Assembly (NCBI RefSeq): GCF_009914755.1
Contig: NC_060940.1
DNA from: the human T2T-CHM13v2.0 reference genome, Homo sapiens
Direction: 5' to 3' (one strand)
Length of the DNA: 64,000 nucleotides
The position numbers were made by a program, and so were the translations under genes. The notes under the pieces are model-generated. The model was given only the letters and a program-made list of their open reading frames with translations. It did not search any database and was not told the DNA's origin. Below, in pieces: positions 40,533 to 56,795 of the stretch; position 1 is the first letter of the stretch, and each line of letters opens with the position of its first letter.

Positions 40533-42361
40533 TCTGCTTCACTCCATCTTCACCAATACAGGTACCAAGCACAGCTCTTCTGTCCTTGGTACCTGTATTG
40601 CTAGGTAACCAGGGAAGGTCAGTCTTAGATTCCCTGTGGTCCCTGGGAGGTGCAGGGATGGAGATGGAGAAGAGGGGGACGCGCGCACAGAGGTAAAGAA
40701 GTCTCTCCAATCCGCCACATCCTGCGGCTCAAGGGTCTCGGGGCATCTACCACTCCCCCGCAACAGCCGGCTCTCTCTCGCTCTGTTTATCAGCCAGTCA
40801 ATAAGAAAAAGGTAGTTCTTACTTAAGGAGGCAGAAGTCAACTCGGCAGGTCGATCAGCACTCTGTCTGTAAACATGGTTTCCCGTAAAATCAATGATCT
40901 TCAGTTACAGAGGGCAGCCTGGGAACCCAGTGGGTCCCCGCACTTTTCCAAGCAGCCCTGCCAGCCTGACACGCACACCTCTCTTCAGGCTCCCTCCACG
41001 TTCTGTGCCCCTTCCCAGTACTTCCCTAGTGCCAGGGCTAGCTGGTACAGGTTCACACCCCTCCTCCCTTCCTGCAGCCCGCTTCTCTGCTGGTGGCACC
41101 CGGAACTCCCTCTAAAAAATGTCCAGGTATTCTGCTCACAACCCCCAATGTTGCACTCAACATATGGGCTTCAAGAATTCAGTTAGATTTTAATAGAGCA
41201 CATCTCTCCAGTGAGAAAGTTAAAGGGAAGATAGGAATGACCTAGCTGGCTCACTGTCTGCTTAGCACTTAAATCTGCCATCTGAAAGGTAATCTTGTAC
41301 AGAAGAATTCCAGCACCTTCATCAAGTATCCCCCAACTCCTGCTCATCTTCCAAGCTCCCTTGGAACCACCTGTAAAGCCCACTGCATCTTTGCAAATGT
41401 CAATCTTTACTTTTCAAAGATTGTTTAAAAGGATAAAACTCTACCCTGTTACCCTGTATCTCCCTATTAATCAAAACGTTCATCTCCCTCTTTAAAAACA
41501 TGTGCTGATGACAGTTTTATCCTGTTCCCTTGAGGCAGAACTGGGTAAAATGCAACAGTTTCAGGGAAGCTGGGGTGGGAGGGGTGCAGTTATGACGAAG
41601 GGGAGGGGGCTCCTGCTGTTGCTCCAGCTCCCGGAGAATGAAACATGAACAGTCGCACTGTGTAATTTTAAATTGTTAATTAGCACAGGGTTAATTAGGC
41701 AGTCCTTTCACAAGAGGCTGTCTGGTAGGAAACCAAGAAGGGAAACAAAGGGGAAGGGAGGAAAAACAAAGAGAGAATAGAGGCAGTGAGAAACTGTTGC
41801 CTCCAAGAATATCCCATGCGGGATCACTCAAGAGACATCAGCCAGCAGGCAAGGATGCCTGATTCCCTGGGTGATCCCCTGCTCTGCCGGAGGGAGAAGC
41901 AGTGAATACCGCCTTCCTACAGGCGACCAGGCAGCATACATCAAAGGCCTCAGAAGTGCACATCCCTCCCCGTTGACTCAACAATTCCCCGTTCTAGGAA
42001 TTCATCATAAGGAAAGAACCCAAGCAATGCATGGAGATTTAAGTTTATTCATGAAAAACATAACAGGAAAAAAGAGGAAAAATTTGGGCAAAAACAGACC
42101 CTAAATAAATTACAGTGCACAGAGCTCCATATGTTGTTATAAAGATGCTTTCTTCAAAGAAACTATTTATAAGCATGGGAAAATGATCATACAGATGCTA
42201 AATGAACACAGCACATATAGGTATTATGGAGAGGAAAACAGGAGAGACTTATATTACAATTTTTACAACTGTGAATTCTAGGGAATGAGGTATAGGTGAC
42301 TTCATTTCCTCCTATGTGCCTTTATTTCCCAAAGCTCTTTAAAATTAAAACCATCATTGAG

Positions 42362-42473
42362 ACAGTAGGATTGCTAGAGCCCAGGAGTTCAAGGCTGCAG
42401 TGAGCTACGATCGGGCCACTGCATTCCAGCCTGGGTGACAAAATGAGACTTGGTCTATTTAAAAAAAAAAAAA
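42362..42473 (+). mobile_element. Alu right-monomer fragment (FRAM/AluJ)
   Basis: GAGCCCAGGAGTTCAAGGCTGCAGTGAGC... followed by poly-A. Confidence 0.85.
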
Positions 42474-42509
42474 AGGAAAAAAATTGAAAACCATCATACT
42501 GGAAGTCAT

Positions 42510-42970
<461 letters not shown>

Positions 42971-44029
42971 TGTTTTTCTTTAATGTCTAATTTTCAAAAG
43001 AGAACACTAGAACATCCCTACATCTCACATTCACACTCAGTCTTTAAGCACCCAGGGACTGTCCTAAGGTGATGGGATCCCAGGACTGCTCATGCAAAAG
43101 AACGCTGGCATCTCACCCAAACGCCCTTTTCTTGCTTGAGAGTGATGGGGGTGAGGGGAACAGTTCAAAGCAGACTGATTTGCTTGGATATCTTTAGGCA
43201 GACAAGAGAGGATAAAGGAGGTAGGAGAAGCTGCTGCAAAGAACTGAAATGTAGGTCCAATATCCTGATTTTTAAAGAAGGACAAAAGGCAGGTTCCAGA
43301 ACCTACAGATCAGGAAACATATTCATTTGTTCAGCATTTACTGAGCATGTACTATGTGTCAGTCAGATGCTACAGAATCCATGCTAAAAGGTCTCGGCTT
43401 ACATTCTTGTAGAGAAGAGAGACCACACACAAATACACTCAAATAAAAAGCAATATAAAGTAATATAAAACAAGAGAAGGGGAAAGAGTGATGTGTGTGC
43501 ATCGTTTTGGAGAAAGTCACAATGTCAGAGTGACTTAATGGATATGGAAATACTTCAAGAATATGTTGTAAAGCATATACTGCAAGTTCTTCATAGTTTT
43601 CAAACAGATTCAAGTTGCTGGAAAAGAATTTTAGGGGTGGGATGATCCTGAGGAATTGGCGATTAGCTGTAGGTCCAGTAAGAAAACCCACATAAAATAA
43701 ACCGAAAAATACCCTTACTTAGACTTAATGATCTGAGAAATACAATAAAGTCTGCTTTTTTATCTTAATAAGGTAGCACAAAATTTATCATTTCTTTATA
43801 TCCAGGATGGCAAAATGGCTTTCAGATAATAAACTGTGGCCAATTTTATAGCCGACTAATGATGCCATTATTTTAAGCGTCAACACAGAGGTCCGTGTGT
43901 CTCGGGACACGCCAACAAGGCTCTGTCTTGTCCCTATTTGGCTGACTGAAATCAACAGCTTGAGGAACAAGACCATGCAGGCATGTCCACTTGCAGAGCA
44001 CACCAGACTCGAGGGAACAATTAAAATGC

Positions 44030-44720
44030 TCAACGGTGGAATCAAGACTGAGGAAAAAAATCTCCATGAGTTGGAACAACAGGCCCAAACTAACAGAACA
44101 AAACTTTAGATGGAAAAACATGAAGCCCTACATTTAACTTCAGGCAATCTGCTAAACCAATAGAGGATGGAAGAGACTTGGAGTCATAAGAGTTCATGCA
44201 AACAACAATAACAAAATATCTAGGAGTTTTACTTGATGACAAACTCAGAGGAAGCCCGAAGTTGGCATGGTGGCCAAAGACCATAATGGGGCCTTTGGCA
44301 ACAGTACTACTCTGTACCTGTTGGAGCTCAGCAGGTCCACAGCCCATCACTTTCTCTGTCTGCGTGAATAATGTTAGGAACCACTCCAGGGAATCTCCTA
44401 AGAGAGATACCAACAAAGAAGCTGTAGCCTCATCGGAATGGCTGAACACACACACCATTCACGGGTGCAGGGAAGAGAAGTCCCGTTGCAGGGCAAGGCA
44501 GCTATCCTCGGCTATATGAAACCCTGCCTGCCACAGGCAAGTGGGTTTGGTTCTATGGGTTCCACCTAGTTCCAGGGTTGAATTAGGGGCAATGAGGGGA
44601 ATCTATAAGGAAAGAGAGGTGGGGTCACTATAAATGAAAATCTTTCTCAAGATTATCACAGTTCCCAAATGGAATGTTTATGCTGTGAAATACTGCACTC
44701 TGTGGCTTCAAGAATGGAGA
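44030..44720 (+). mobile_element. L3/CR1 LINE relic
   Basis: CTAGGAGTTTTACTTGATGACAAACTC (LGVLLDDKL, a CR1 RT C-terminal-like motif) and a 3' block ending CAAATGGAATG. Confidence 0.6.
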
Positions 44721-45427
44721 AGGGGATTGTGCTATGGCCAGGGGGCTGTATCAGGCAGCCTATGAAAGGTGAAGATTCTTCTCATTCCTGGGTGTTATCT
44801 ATGGGCTTGTCTGTCCCCACCACAAGGCTATGAGTGGCATGAGATCAGGTTCCCTGTGCTATTCATCTCTGAGTCCTCCACATCTGACATGTAATAGGTG
44901 CTTAATAAAACAATGGGGGAAATAGGAAAAAAGAGGATCCCTGAATCCATTCCTTTTCTTTTTTTCTCTTAGTTTAAGACGTGTCTGGTGTAACCATTCT
45001 CCACAAAATGGAACTGGGGCTCCTTGGAGACATGGCCAATTCTTGGGCTGGAGCAGGAAAAGTTCAAGATGAGCTCGGAGCATCTACTTGTGCTCAAAGA
45101 ATAAGGAAGATGTGTCAAAATGACCTAGGAGTGGGTTGGAGGGGCTCCCAGTGGCCACATCAGGGACAACGTGAGCAAGAAAATTAAGTGACAGTAAGTG
45201 ATTGCAACCCAATGTGTAACATAACAATCCCCAAGTCCCTACTTTAAGAAAAAAAAAAGTGTGGGAGAAAGGAAAGTTCTTCCACAGGGTAGAAACTCAA
45301 CTAATAAACGTAGAAAAAGAGTATGGAGTTAGAAAATCACCATTTGATAACCATCATCATCTTCATCATCATCCACTCAGGGAAGAATCAATGGGTACCC
45401 AAACTAATGGATGAAAGTTTGAATACT

Positions 45428-45735
45428 TCCGGGAGCGGTGGCTCACGCCTGTAATCCCAGCACTTTGGGAGGCCGAGGCGGGCAGATCACAAGGCCAGGT
45501 AATCGAGACCATCCTGGCTAACACGGTGAAACCCCGTCTCTACTAAAAATACAAAAAAAAAAAAAAAAAATTAGCCGGGCGTGGTGGCGGGCGCCTGTAG
45601 TCCCAGCTACTCAGGAGGCTGAGGCAGGAGAATGGCGTGAACCCGGGAGACACAACTTGCAGTGAGCCGAGATCGTGCCACTGCACTCTATCCTGGGTGA
45701 CAGAGAGAGACTCCATCTAAAAAAAAAAAAAAAAA
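45428..45735 (+). mobile_element. AluY inserted in an old L1
   Basis: ATCGAGACCATCCTGGCTAACACGG and GAATGGCGTGAACC diagnostics. TSD AAAGTTTGAATACT at 45414-45427 and 45733-45746. Confidence 0.93.
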
Positions 45736-46242
45736 GTTTGAATACTAACAGGATATTTACAATCTCAAAGTCTCTCCCCACAGGATACTTCTTAATTATA
45801 GCAGGAAAAAAAAAAAACAACAACAATAACTTCACTGTGGAGAACCTGGCAAACACCACCTTCATTGAGTGATCAAAGTTCCCATCACCAGCAGTGGGGC
45901 AAACAGACGTCATGTGCCTCCTGGTAGGATACACCGAGAGGAACACAACATCCCTTCCCTGGTGTTCCTGTCAAAAACGCACAACCGGAATCTAATCATG
46001 AGGGAACATCAGGCAAATCCAACTGAGGACAGTCTGCAGAATGTCCTATGCTTTTTAGAAATGTCAGGGCCATGCAACGGAAAGACAGACTGAAGAACTG
46101 TTTCAGATTAAAAGAGACTAAGGAGACATGACTAATGAACGTTATGCATAATCTGGGATCTTCTTTTCCTCTAAAGGACATAACTGGGACAACTGACAAA
46201 ATCTGAATAAGGTTTTGTAGATGGGCTAATAGTGGCATATGA

Positions 46243-46590
<348 letters not shown>

Positions 46591-48699
46591 TAAAAGAGAA
46601 TGTCTTTGTTTTTTAAAATACACACTGGTATATTTAGAGGTGAAGGGGCACAATGCCTCGATTTTCAAATGGGTTAGGAAAAAATATGTGAGTGTGTAAG
46701 TGTGTGTATGTGTATCAGTATATACATACATACACATACACATATATACACACATATATATGTACCTACATATATACAGCAGGAATAAATATATGAGATG
46801 TTACCATAGGAGGAGTCTAGAAGGAGGACACGAGAATTCTTTGTTCTACTGTTAAAACTTCCCTGTACACTTGAAATTGTTAAAAGAAAAAGAAACTGTC
46901 CAGAGTAAAAATTCGACATAGTAACCCCCCAAAACTATAAACGAAGAGTCAACCCACCCTGACATGCGTATCTTTAATCTTTATGTGAAATTTGCTCCCA
47001 GCAGAGCTTCAAAAAAGGAAGTGGCTGTGAGGCTGGACAGAGAGGTGTAGAGAGACAAAAACTGAAAACTGGTCTCCCCTTCCTCCAGCCAAGAGGCTTC
47101 TAGGTGGAGCCTTCCAGTTGGAGAAGACAAATAAATGGCCATTCCAACTTGGGCAGAACTTCACGTAATACAATACTGAGCCGTTTCCCCGTGACACTCA
47201 TGATCCTGACTGTGGGCTGATTTCCCTAGTTCCCTAGGGAACTTTCGCAAAGTTCCCTAACTTTGTGAAAAGTGATTCTAAGTAAAAGGACGAGGGCAGC
47301 CCCCAGAGAAAAGGAGAACTCCAGCAGCCCCCAGAGTGTGAGCATTGTTAAATCCAGGCTAAAACATATCAGAGAGAAAAACACACTACACTGAAGCAAC
47401 TATCCCCTCACTAACCCCACCTCCTTAAAAAAACAAAAACAGAAAAACAAAGGCAACCCAGATTCCAAGAGAAGGTGAAACCTCCTTCAAGGGTCAAAGA
47501 AATAATACCTGCATCTGTTTAGCTTGGAATCCACTGAAGAACCATACCCAGTTCCCTTCTGTGTTTTTTTACAATAACAGTGTTTGTCTACTGCTGCTGC
47601 ACAGAAGTCAATATGTGTTAAGCCATACATAGGTGATTCCATCTGCTTGGTAGCAATTTCCCAGCAGCCTTCAGGATTGCTCTGCAAGTGTGGCCAGGTC
47701 GGAGAACACACAGGTGCTTGAACAGGCGCCTTGTGCTGCCGGACGCCCACTGCCCAGAAGGCCCAGAGAATCGCCCAGGCCGTGGGCCTCCATGTTTGCT
47801 AATAAGTGCATCTGTGCTATTTCCAGCATGAACATAAATCAGCCTAGAAGTGAAAACTGCTAGCTCAGCCCATTCTGCAGGGAATCCACAACCACCATGA
47901 TATTCTGGTTACAGTGGAGTCGTGGAGGGCAACAGGAGAGAGTCGTGACAGCGGAGGCAGGTCTAGGAACCCAGTCTGTGTGTACTTAGAGGAATTAAAA
48001 AAGATTTTTTTTTTTTTTACTATATATGTAAACATACTCAGAGTTCAACCACCATGAATCAAAACCAAACCCATGAATATAATAATAAAAAGCAAGACAA
48101 ACCAGCTATTATTTATGCTCTGCCTTGTTCTAAAAAGGGATTTGGGGCAATTTAAACAGCTATAGTAACTGTATCTCACACTTGAGTACGTAAGTCTCTA
48201 CCCTGAGTCACGTGGAGGCCTTTCCACCATTTCCACAACAAGAAAGACAAGCATCGTGTGCCCATGACTGGCTTGACTGGTGCTCCTGACTTGGATTTAA
48301 TTACCATAGAGCACGGATCCCCTCCCGGATTTGCAGCAGAACCTCCTTTCACCAAATACCATTGCTTTACCTGACTGTACCAACCCACCTCTCCTACCTT
48401 GCAAGCCCGCAGCTCACAACCCCAACCTTCACCCATCTTCTGGCACTTTCCCGGCTAAACCGGACACCTTCTGACACTAACCATAACCAACACTTATGTG
48501 TTTCCTTTGCCAGCACTCAAGGCTTTTTCATCTCCTCCCAATTTCCTCAAAGTCCCTCTCCAAGATCCTATTTCTACTCTCTCTCCACTCTTGCTATTGG
48601 GATTATAGGGCAAAAGCTAGGAGACAATGTAAAAACGTGCCATCTGGCCCATTACAGTTTCAATCTGGCATGTCATGATGTCAAATTTATGTTAAATCA

Positions 48700-49986
<1,287 letters not shown>

Positions 49987-51341
49987 TTGCCTGTTATTTC
50001 TATGGCAGGTGTGTGTTGTCCTTTTCTGAGTGAGTAATGAAAGGGTTTTGCAGAATTTGACTGGTGATCCCTCCCCCTTGAGTTCCTACCAGTCCACCAT
50101 CCTATAAGCTCCTGGACAGGAGAGAGTCTGACCTACTTACACTGCCAGTTCAGAAGATGTTCTCTGTCCTTCAGATCTCAACTCCATCCAAAGAGTGGAC
50201 TCTGTCCACTGCTTCATTTGCTCCACATCAATTTTCCTGTATTCAAGTGAAGTCCCCCTCCTTTATGTGATTATAAAGGGCCAAACTGCATCAATCATTT
50301 TCAAGCTTTCTTGTGCAGTGGAACCAACTATGCGGCACAATAAAAATACATATGGATGTCAAGCCCCAGCCCAGAGCACAAGACTAGCTCTCTGAAGGGC
50401 TGGGTATCTGCTCCGGGAGGGTGGGAAGGCACTATGTCGCCAAGATTTCTGTCCTCTGTCCAAAGTCATCGGTGTCCTCCTGGTCTTGGTCAATGGTTCC
50501 TCCTCCTCTACTTTAAGCTTCAATCTCCCCTGCATTCAAAACTGCTTCCCCCTCTACTCCTTGAAATCTTCCCCCACTTCACTTCTGACATATTCTGGCC
50601 CTCCTCCCACCTCTGTCATCTCTACATTGCCTGTCCTCTCCCCATTCCTACAGCTCTCCATGGGTACATTTTCCACTTATTCGATAAAATTCTTTTATCA
50701 TTTCAACTCACAGACATCTCTCCTCCCTGTTCTCCTGTAGGTATTTAAGCGTCATTGTACTCTTCCCCCTTGGCTCTCTGCTCTTAACTCTGTACATCAG
50801 CTACCTTAACTACTTCTGCGGTTTCAATTACTGAAATTACGAGCTGACTCCCAAAGCAAAAATGTCCATTCCTGACTTGGCACTTGAATATGTGTCTCAT
50901 ACTTTCAGAAGACCAGAAGATGTCTGTACATGCCTAGTGTCCCACCAACCAAGACTCAGCATGGCTCAACATGTCCAAAGGACACTGCCCCCTCACTGTC
51001 GGCCCTGGTCTCTCTGGAAGGAACTTTTGGTGCCATCTTTGCAGAAAACAGAAAGGAAAGATCAGTCTGGCTTTCCCAATATCATGTTCATCCCCATCCT
51101 TCCCCATCCAAGAAACAACTACCAAAACACATTCAAACTGAAACTCTCCAGAGCGGTTTCAAATCACCCCAAGATCTACCACTAACACTACCATTCAATC
51201 ACCTGTGTCGTTTCCCTCCAACTAGGATTCCTCCCCATCATCTCTGCATTCTGATGCATTATCAACTCTGTTCCCACAACCCCAGGCCCTTTGAATAGCC
51301 TTTCTCTTCCTCAACACTCATCCAAACCTGGGATATCCTTA

Positions 51342-51698
<357 letters not shown>

Positions 51699-52361
51699 TC
51701 AGGTATGAACTACATGCAAGTGAACCCCTGGGTTCCCGCTTCCTGGGAAGGGCTATCAAAGCCGGGTTCACTAGTTTAATAGAAAGATGAGTCTACTATG
51801 GTTCCTAAGTTCCTATTAGGTAGCTCTTAGTCAGCAGAACACTAATTGGAACAGAAGTAAGTGCTATCATTCAAGGCTGCACAAACCCAAGAGAAATGAA
51901 CTTGGTCAGATTCTTTGCACTTGGCAGTTTGGGGAATGCAGGCAGAAGCAGCCAGGAGCCTTAAGTTTTCTTTTATTCACATCGAATCTACCTGAGAACA
52001 AATGAAGAACATGGTACAGCTGCTTTTCTCTGGGCCTGTGGCAGCTAATTAGAGCACCTGGGAAACACCATTCAACGTTGCTGGACAGAGGTACGTCCTC
52101 GCAATGATTCCGCCAAATGGCACACACAGGACAATGGGGAAACCCTGTAAGGGTGAGGTGAGAGCTGGCCTTGGGCGAAGGAAAGTTTCCCACAGCAGTT
52201 ATCTCCAAAATGACTCTGAAACAAGGAGTGTGTTTTCCTCTCGGCAGGAAGAAAACCACTCGGTGGGCTCACCATCGGCAGCTTGCTCTGGCACGAGGCT
52301 CCGGAACTGGCACCATGACAAAACAAACAAGGATTGCCCTTTGGAGGCTCACTGATAGGGC

Positions 52362-52362
<1 letters not shown>

Positions 52363-52393
<31 letters not shown>
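52363..52393 (+). repeat. (AC)15 microsatellite
   Basis: Read directly. Confidence 0.95.
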
Positions 52394-52394
<1 letters not shown>

Positions 52395-52948
52395 CCTCTC
52401 ACCAACACGGGCACAGCGAGTTCTTCAGATATCCCTGGCCTGCTGGCATAAAGAGCTTTTCAAGCAGTGGGAAGCCAAAGGGACACTCAACAAAGCAGTA
52501 ATGGCCACTGTAAGGTAGAGACATTGGTAAAGGCATGAAAAGGGGATGCCTACTGCAAAAGCAAAATCGTACACGGGGTCTTCCCCATGCCTTGACTGGG
52601 CACCCTCGAGAGACCCCTTTGGGATGTGCGTACTAAGCTTCCACCCAACTTCCTATCTGGTGGAGGCATGCTATGCACAGAGACCCCATCACTGAATTCC
52701 CTCCTAGATAACTCACTGCACTAGACTGAAGGCTTGAGAGGTTTATTTCATCATGAGTAGTCCTCAAATCCTAGAGGCCCAGAGAGTTGCTCCTATCTCG
52801 ATTCTCTTTCTTAGGGTAAAGTGAACCGGCAGCAAGAACTACCACCAGGACGCAAGGGCTTTGAGACAGACTGAAGGGGGCATGGATTCTGCTGGCACTC
52901 TGAGTTTGTTTGAATGACTTCCAAATTCCAAAGCTTAAAACCCTATCA

Positions 52949-53253
<305 letters not shown>

Positions 53254-55613
53254 TCAGGAGAGAGGGGTGTACAGGGGGAAGAGAGGGGATCATGAAACGT
53301 GATCACATGTCCCCTTCTTCATGGCCCCTTCTCCATCCCACATGGTAATTACAAAGCCCATTATTTGCACTGTTACTTTTAATCAAGAAATCCATATTGA
53401 GACATACTTACCACTGGCCACTTCAAAGAGCGGCCCTGATAGTTAGCTAAAATAACAAAGGAAAATTTCTTCTTGAAGTGTAAGGATCCAAGAGCTCACA
53501 CTTCCTTAACCTTCCAGAAGCCACCCAGAGAACCAAGTGACTGTGGGCAATAATTACACCCTCACCAACTCAGCAAAAATGGCACAGACGGTCTTTCTCC
53601 TCTTGCTGCTCCCAATGCTGCGTTTGGGTCAACAGCTGCTAAGAAGAACCACCAAGGCCACGTTAAATAGTACTTGGATTAATTATGCTTGAAAATCTCT
53701 TATCTGAGCACTGCTAAGACAGAACAATTGAGTTTGGGAATGAGTGTGGTTACATATTTTTCCTTAATGGCTTCCTGAACACCCTGGTTAGGTCTGGTCC
53801 CAGGGGAGAAATTGCCAGCTCAAGTCATAAAATGTGATCAATGTAGATCAAGACCCTGTGCTAAGTGTCTAGGATGAAAGAGGGGAAGCGTATTTGTGCA
53901 AACACACAAACATATGAAAAATGCATGTTAACATAAAGAACTTCAGCTTTCTTTCTGAAGCTGCACCCTCTCTCCTTTCATGCCTAGAGCTCTGCTCATT
54001 CCACCAAAACTTCCAGCCAGCAGTTCTAATCTTGGACAGCGCCAGAACAAATTTTGGCAACTGTTCCTGCAGTTCCAAAAGATTCCCATGTTAAGCCATG
54101 GTAAGATTCGGGGAATCAAATCTGGATGGTGAATGGGGCCAATTTCTTTGACTTCAATAACACAGAGGCTACTGGGGTTCCAGCCCCAGTGGTCATAGTT
54201 TTAAGCTCCTCTGCATAATACTTATCCAACTACTCACTGGTTGTTCTAATGATTTTTATTCATTCGTGCCACAATATTTATTGAGTGCCTACAACATACA
54301 CAGCGCGTCCCTCCTGTCGATACAGACTCCTACGAGCTTGCTCTCAGTAGCGTCCAGGCAGGCAAAGGAAGGAACTGGAAGGCAGTGATCAGGACCCCGG
54401 TAGAAATGGACTCAGCACTCCACGTGGCCACTGGGATTCACTATGTCAACACAATTATCTGGGTTACTGCTCGCCTCATTCCAGAGTCTACCTGCTCTGA
54501 TGCCAGAATCTGTCCTTCTATTAACAAGGTGTGGTCACAGTGAACTGACTGAGGTCCACTGTGTTTAAAAACACTGACCATGGCATCTCATGGCTGGACA
54601 AGTGGCACCGCCGCCCTGAGACCCTGCAGTGCTGGGGAACCCGGAGGCCCTGAGACCTCGGTTCAACTCCGCCAGTGCCCCGGGAGTTCTAACCCCCACG
54701 GGGGTCTCGCCTTCAGTCCACATGGGAGTCACCCATCAAAGGCATTTTAGGGATATTTTAGGTTGACCATTTCCTGACAGCCCAACATGTTTTTCTCTGG
54801 GATGAAGGGCATGCCATCCCACAAATGGTGATGAGAAATTGCAGAACCACTGAACCGGCCTACACATAAGCATTTCTTCTCCTTTGATGTCGAGTTGACA
54901 AGAAAGGATATGATTTCATTTCTACTGGCTCCTCTTAGGTAACCCAACTGGTTTCCCACTTCCTCACCTGCCCTTTGCATTCCCATCCTGGTTTCTTTGG
55001 CCTTGGTTCCTCTTTAAGCTGGGACCAGCGACTTTATAAACTCCACACACAGTGCAGCAGGTTCCAGACGCAGCGTCTGGCCTCCCCAGGTCTTATGAAG
55101 AGGTGCTGAGGGTTGGCGGGTTGACACACTCACTGCACTGCACAAGGAGGTGGCTCAGCCCAGCTTTCACGTGACCAGTGTCCATTTATAGGGTCGCATG
55201 CTCACGACACATGCTGCATTATGGGGAATGCTGCAGAGAGGGGAGTCTTATTCTTAAAGGAGTTAGAATTGAAGCATAAAGTCTAGGAACTAACATGAAC
55301 CACCTCTTAGAAGTCTATGTACAACCTGCACTCGACTTTGAGTTGTTCCCCAACTATTAGTTCCCTGTCGTGGGTCAGTGGGGGGAAAAAAAATCACTCT
55401 CCACACAGCTCTTGAGGAGAGGCTGGGATCTCTACGATTCACTTGGTGTCTACCTGCAGGGGACTCAGGGAAAAAAAAAGCAAAAGCCACACCAGCATGA
55501 GCATATCACACAGAAATTCTACTGACCCCAAAAGCGGGGCAATGAAAATCTGTGCACAATTTCAAACCATGCACCCCAGGGTGGAGGGGAGAGATGGAAT
55601 TCAGGGGAAGTGA

Positions 55614-55955
<342 letters not shown>

Positions 55956-56644
55956 TGGGATTTTTTTTCTTTCTAAGGAACTCTTTCCCGAGCATTCACG
56001 ACCCAGCCCTTTCTGCTCTGGGATGGAAAGTGTTACTCAGCTACAAGGCCTCTTGCTAATTGTGGGTTTTTATTTTTATTTCCTATTACCCTCTCACACG
56101 CCTGATGAGATTATTTTACCGGAACTGACACAGCTGGAAGCAGCAGGCATACGTGGAGCCTCTGAGGAGGTGATGCAATTTCATTTTCATTGATCAGAAA
56201 TCAGCAGGGCAGTAAGTGATGGGAAATTCCATTAGAAGAAAACTTGCAGGCCATAAGCCTCAACTTCCCAGCCACACCCAGGACCCCTTCCCCCACTCCC
56301 TGACCGAGGTCTCGCCTTCCTCTGGGCTAAGTCCACACTGCCCAGAGGATTGGAAGTGCTCTCCTCCCAGAAAAATAAAAGACCAGCGCCACGCTGCTGG
56401 CCTAGGAGAGCATCGGCCGGGGGTGGGAGACATCGTTGGACTCTGAACCAACAAGGCACCTCGGTGCTTCTCTATGGATTACAGCAAAGTCTTCCAGGGA
56501 TGCAGAATAAACATCCTTACAACCAATCTCCACAGCCCCTTGGGATCCCCTTCCAAATGTCAACAAACAAGAAAAGGGGAGGCCACTATACAACAGTTGT
56601 AAAGATGTCCTCCAGCCAGTCATAGAGATGATCCTGAAGGCACT

Positions 56645-56795
56645 TACCATTTATTGAGTGCCTACTATGTGCCAGGCACTGTGCTAGGTGCTTACCATGC
56701 CCAGACTCTGGTCCTCACCTAACCCTCTAGGACAGATGTTCTTCTCCCTCTCTCTCCTGGATAGATGAAGAGGCAGAGGTCTAGGAAGGTAAAGG
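56645..56795 (-). mobile_element. MIR/L2-tail relic
   Basis: TTTATTGAGTGCCTACTATGTGCCAGGCACTGTGCTAGG and ATAGATGAAGAGGCAGAGG. Confidence 0.75.
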
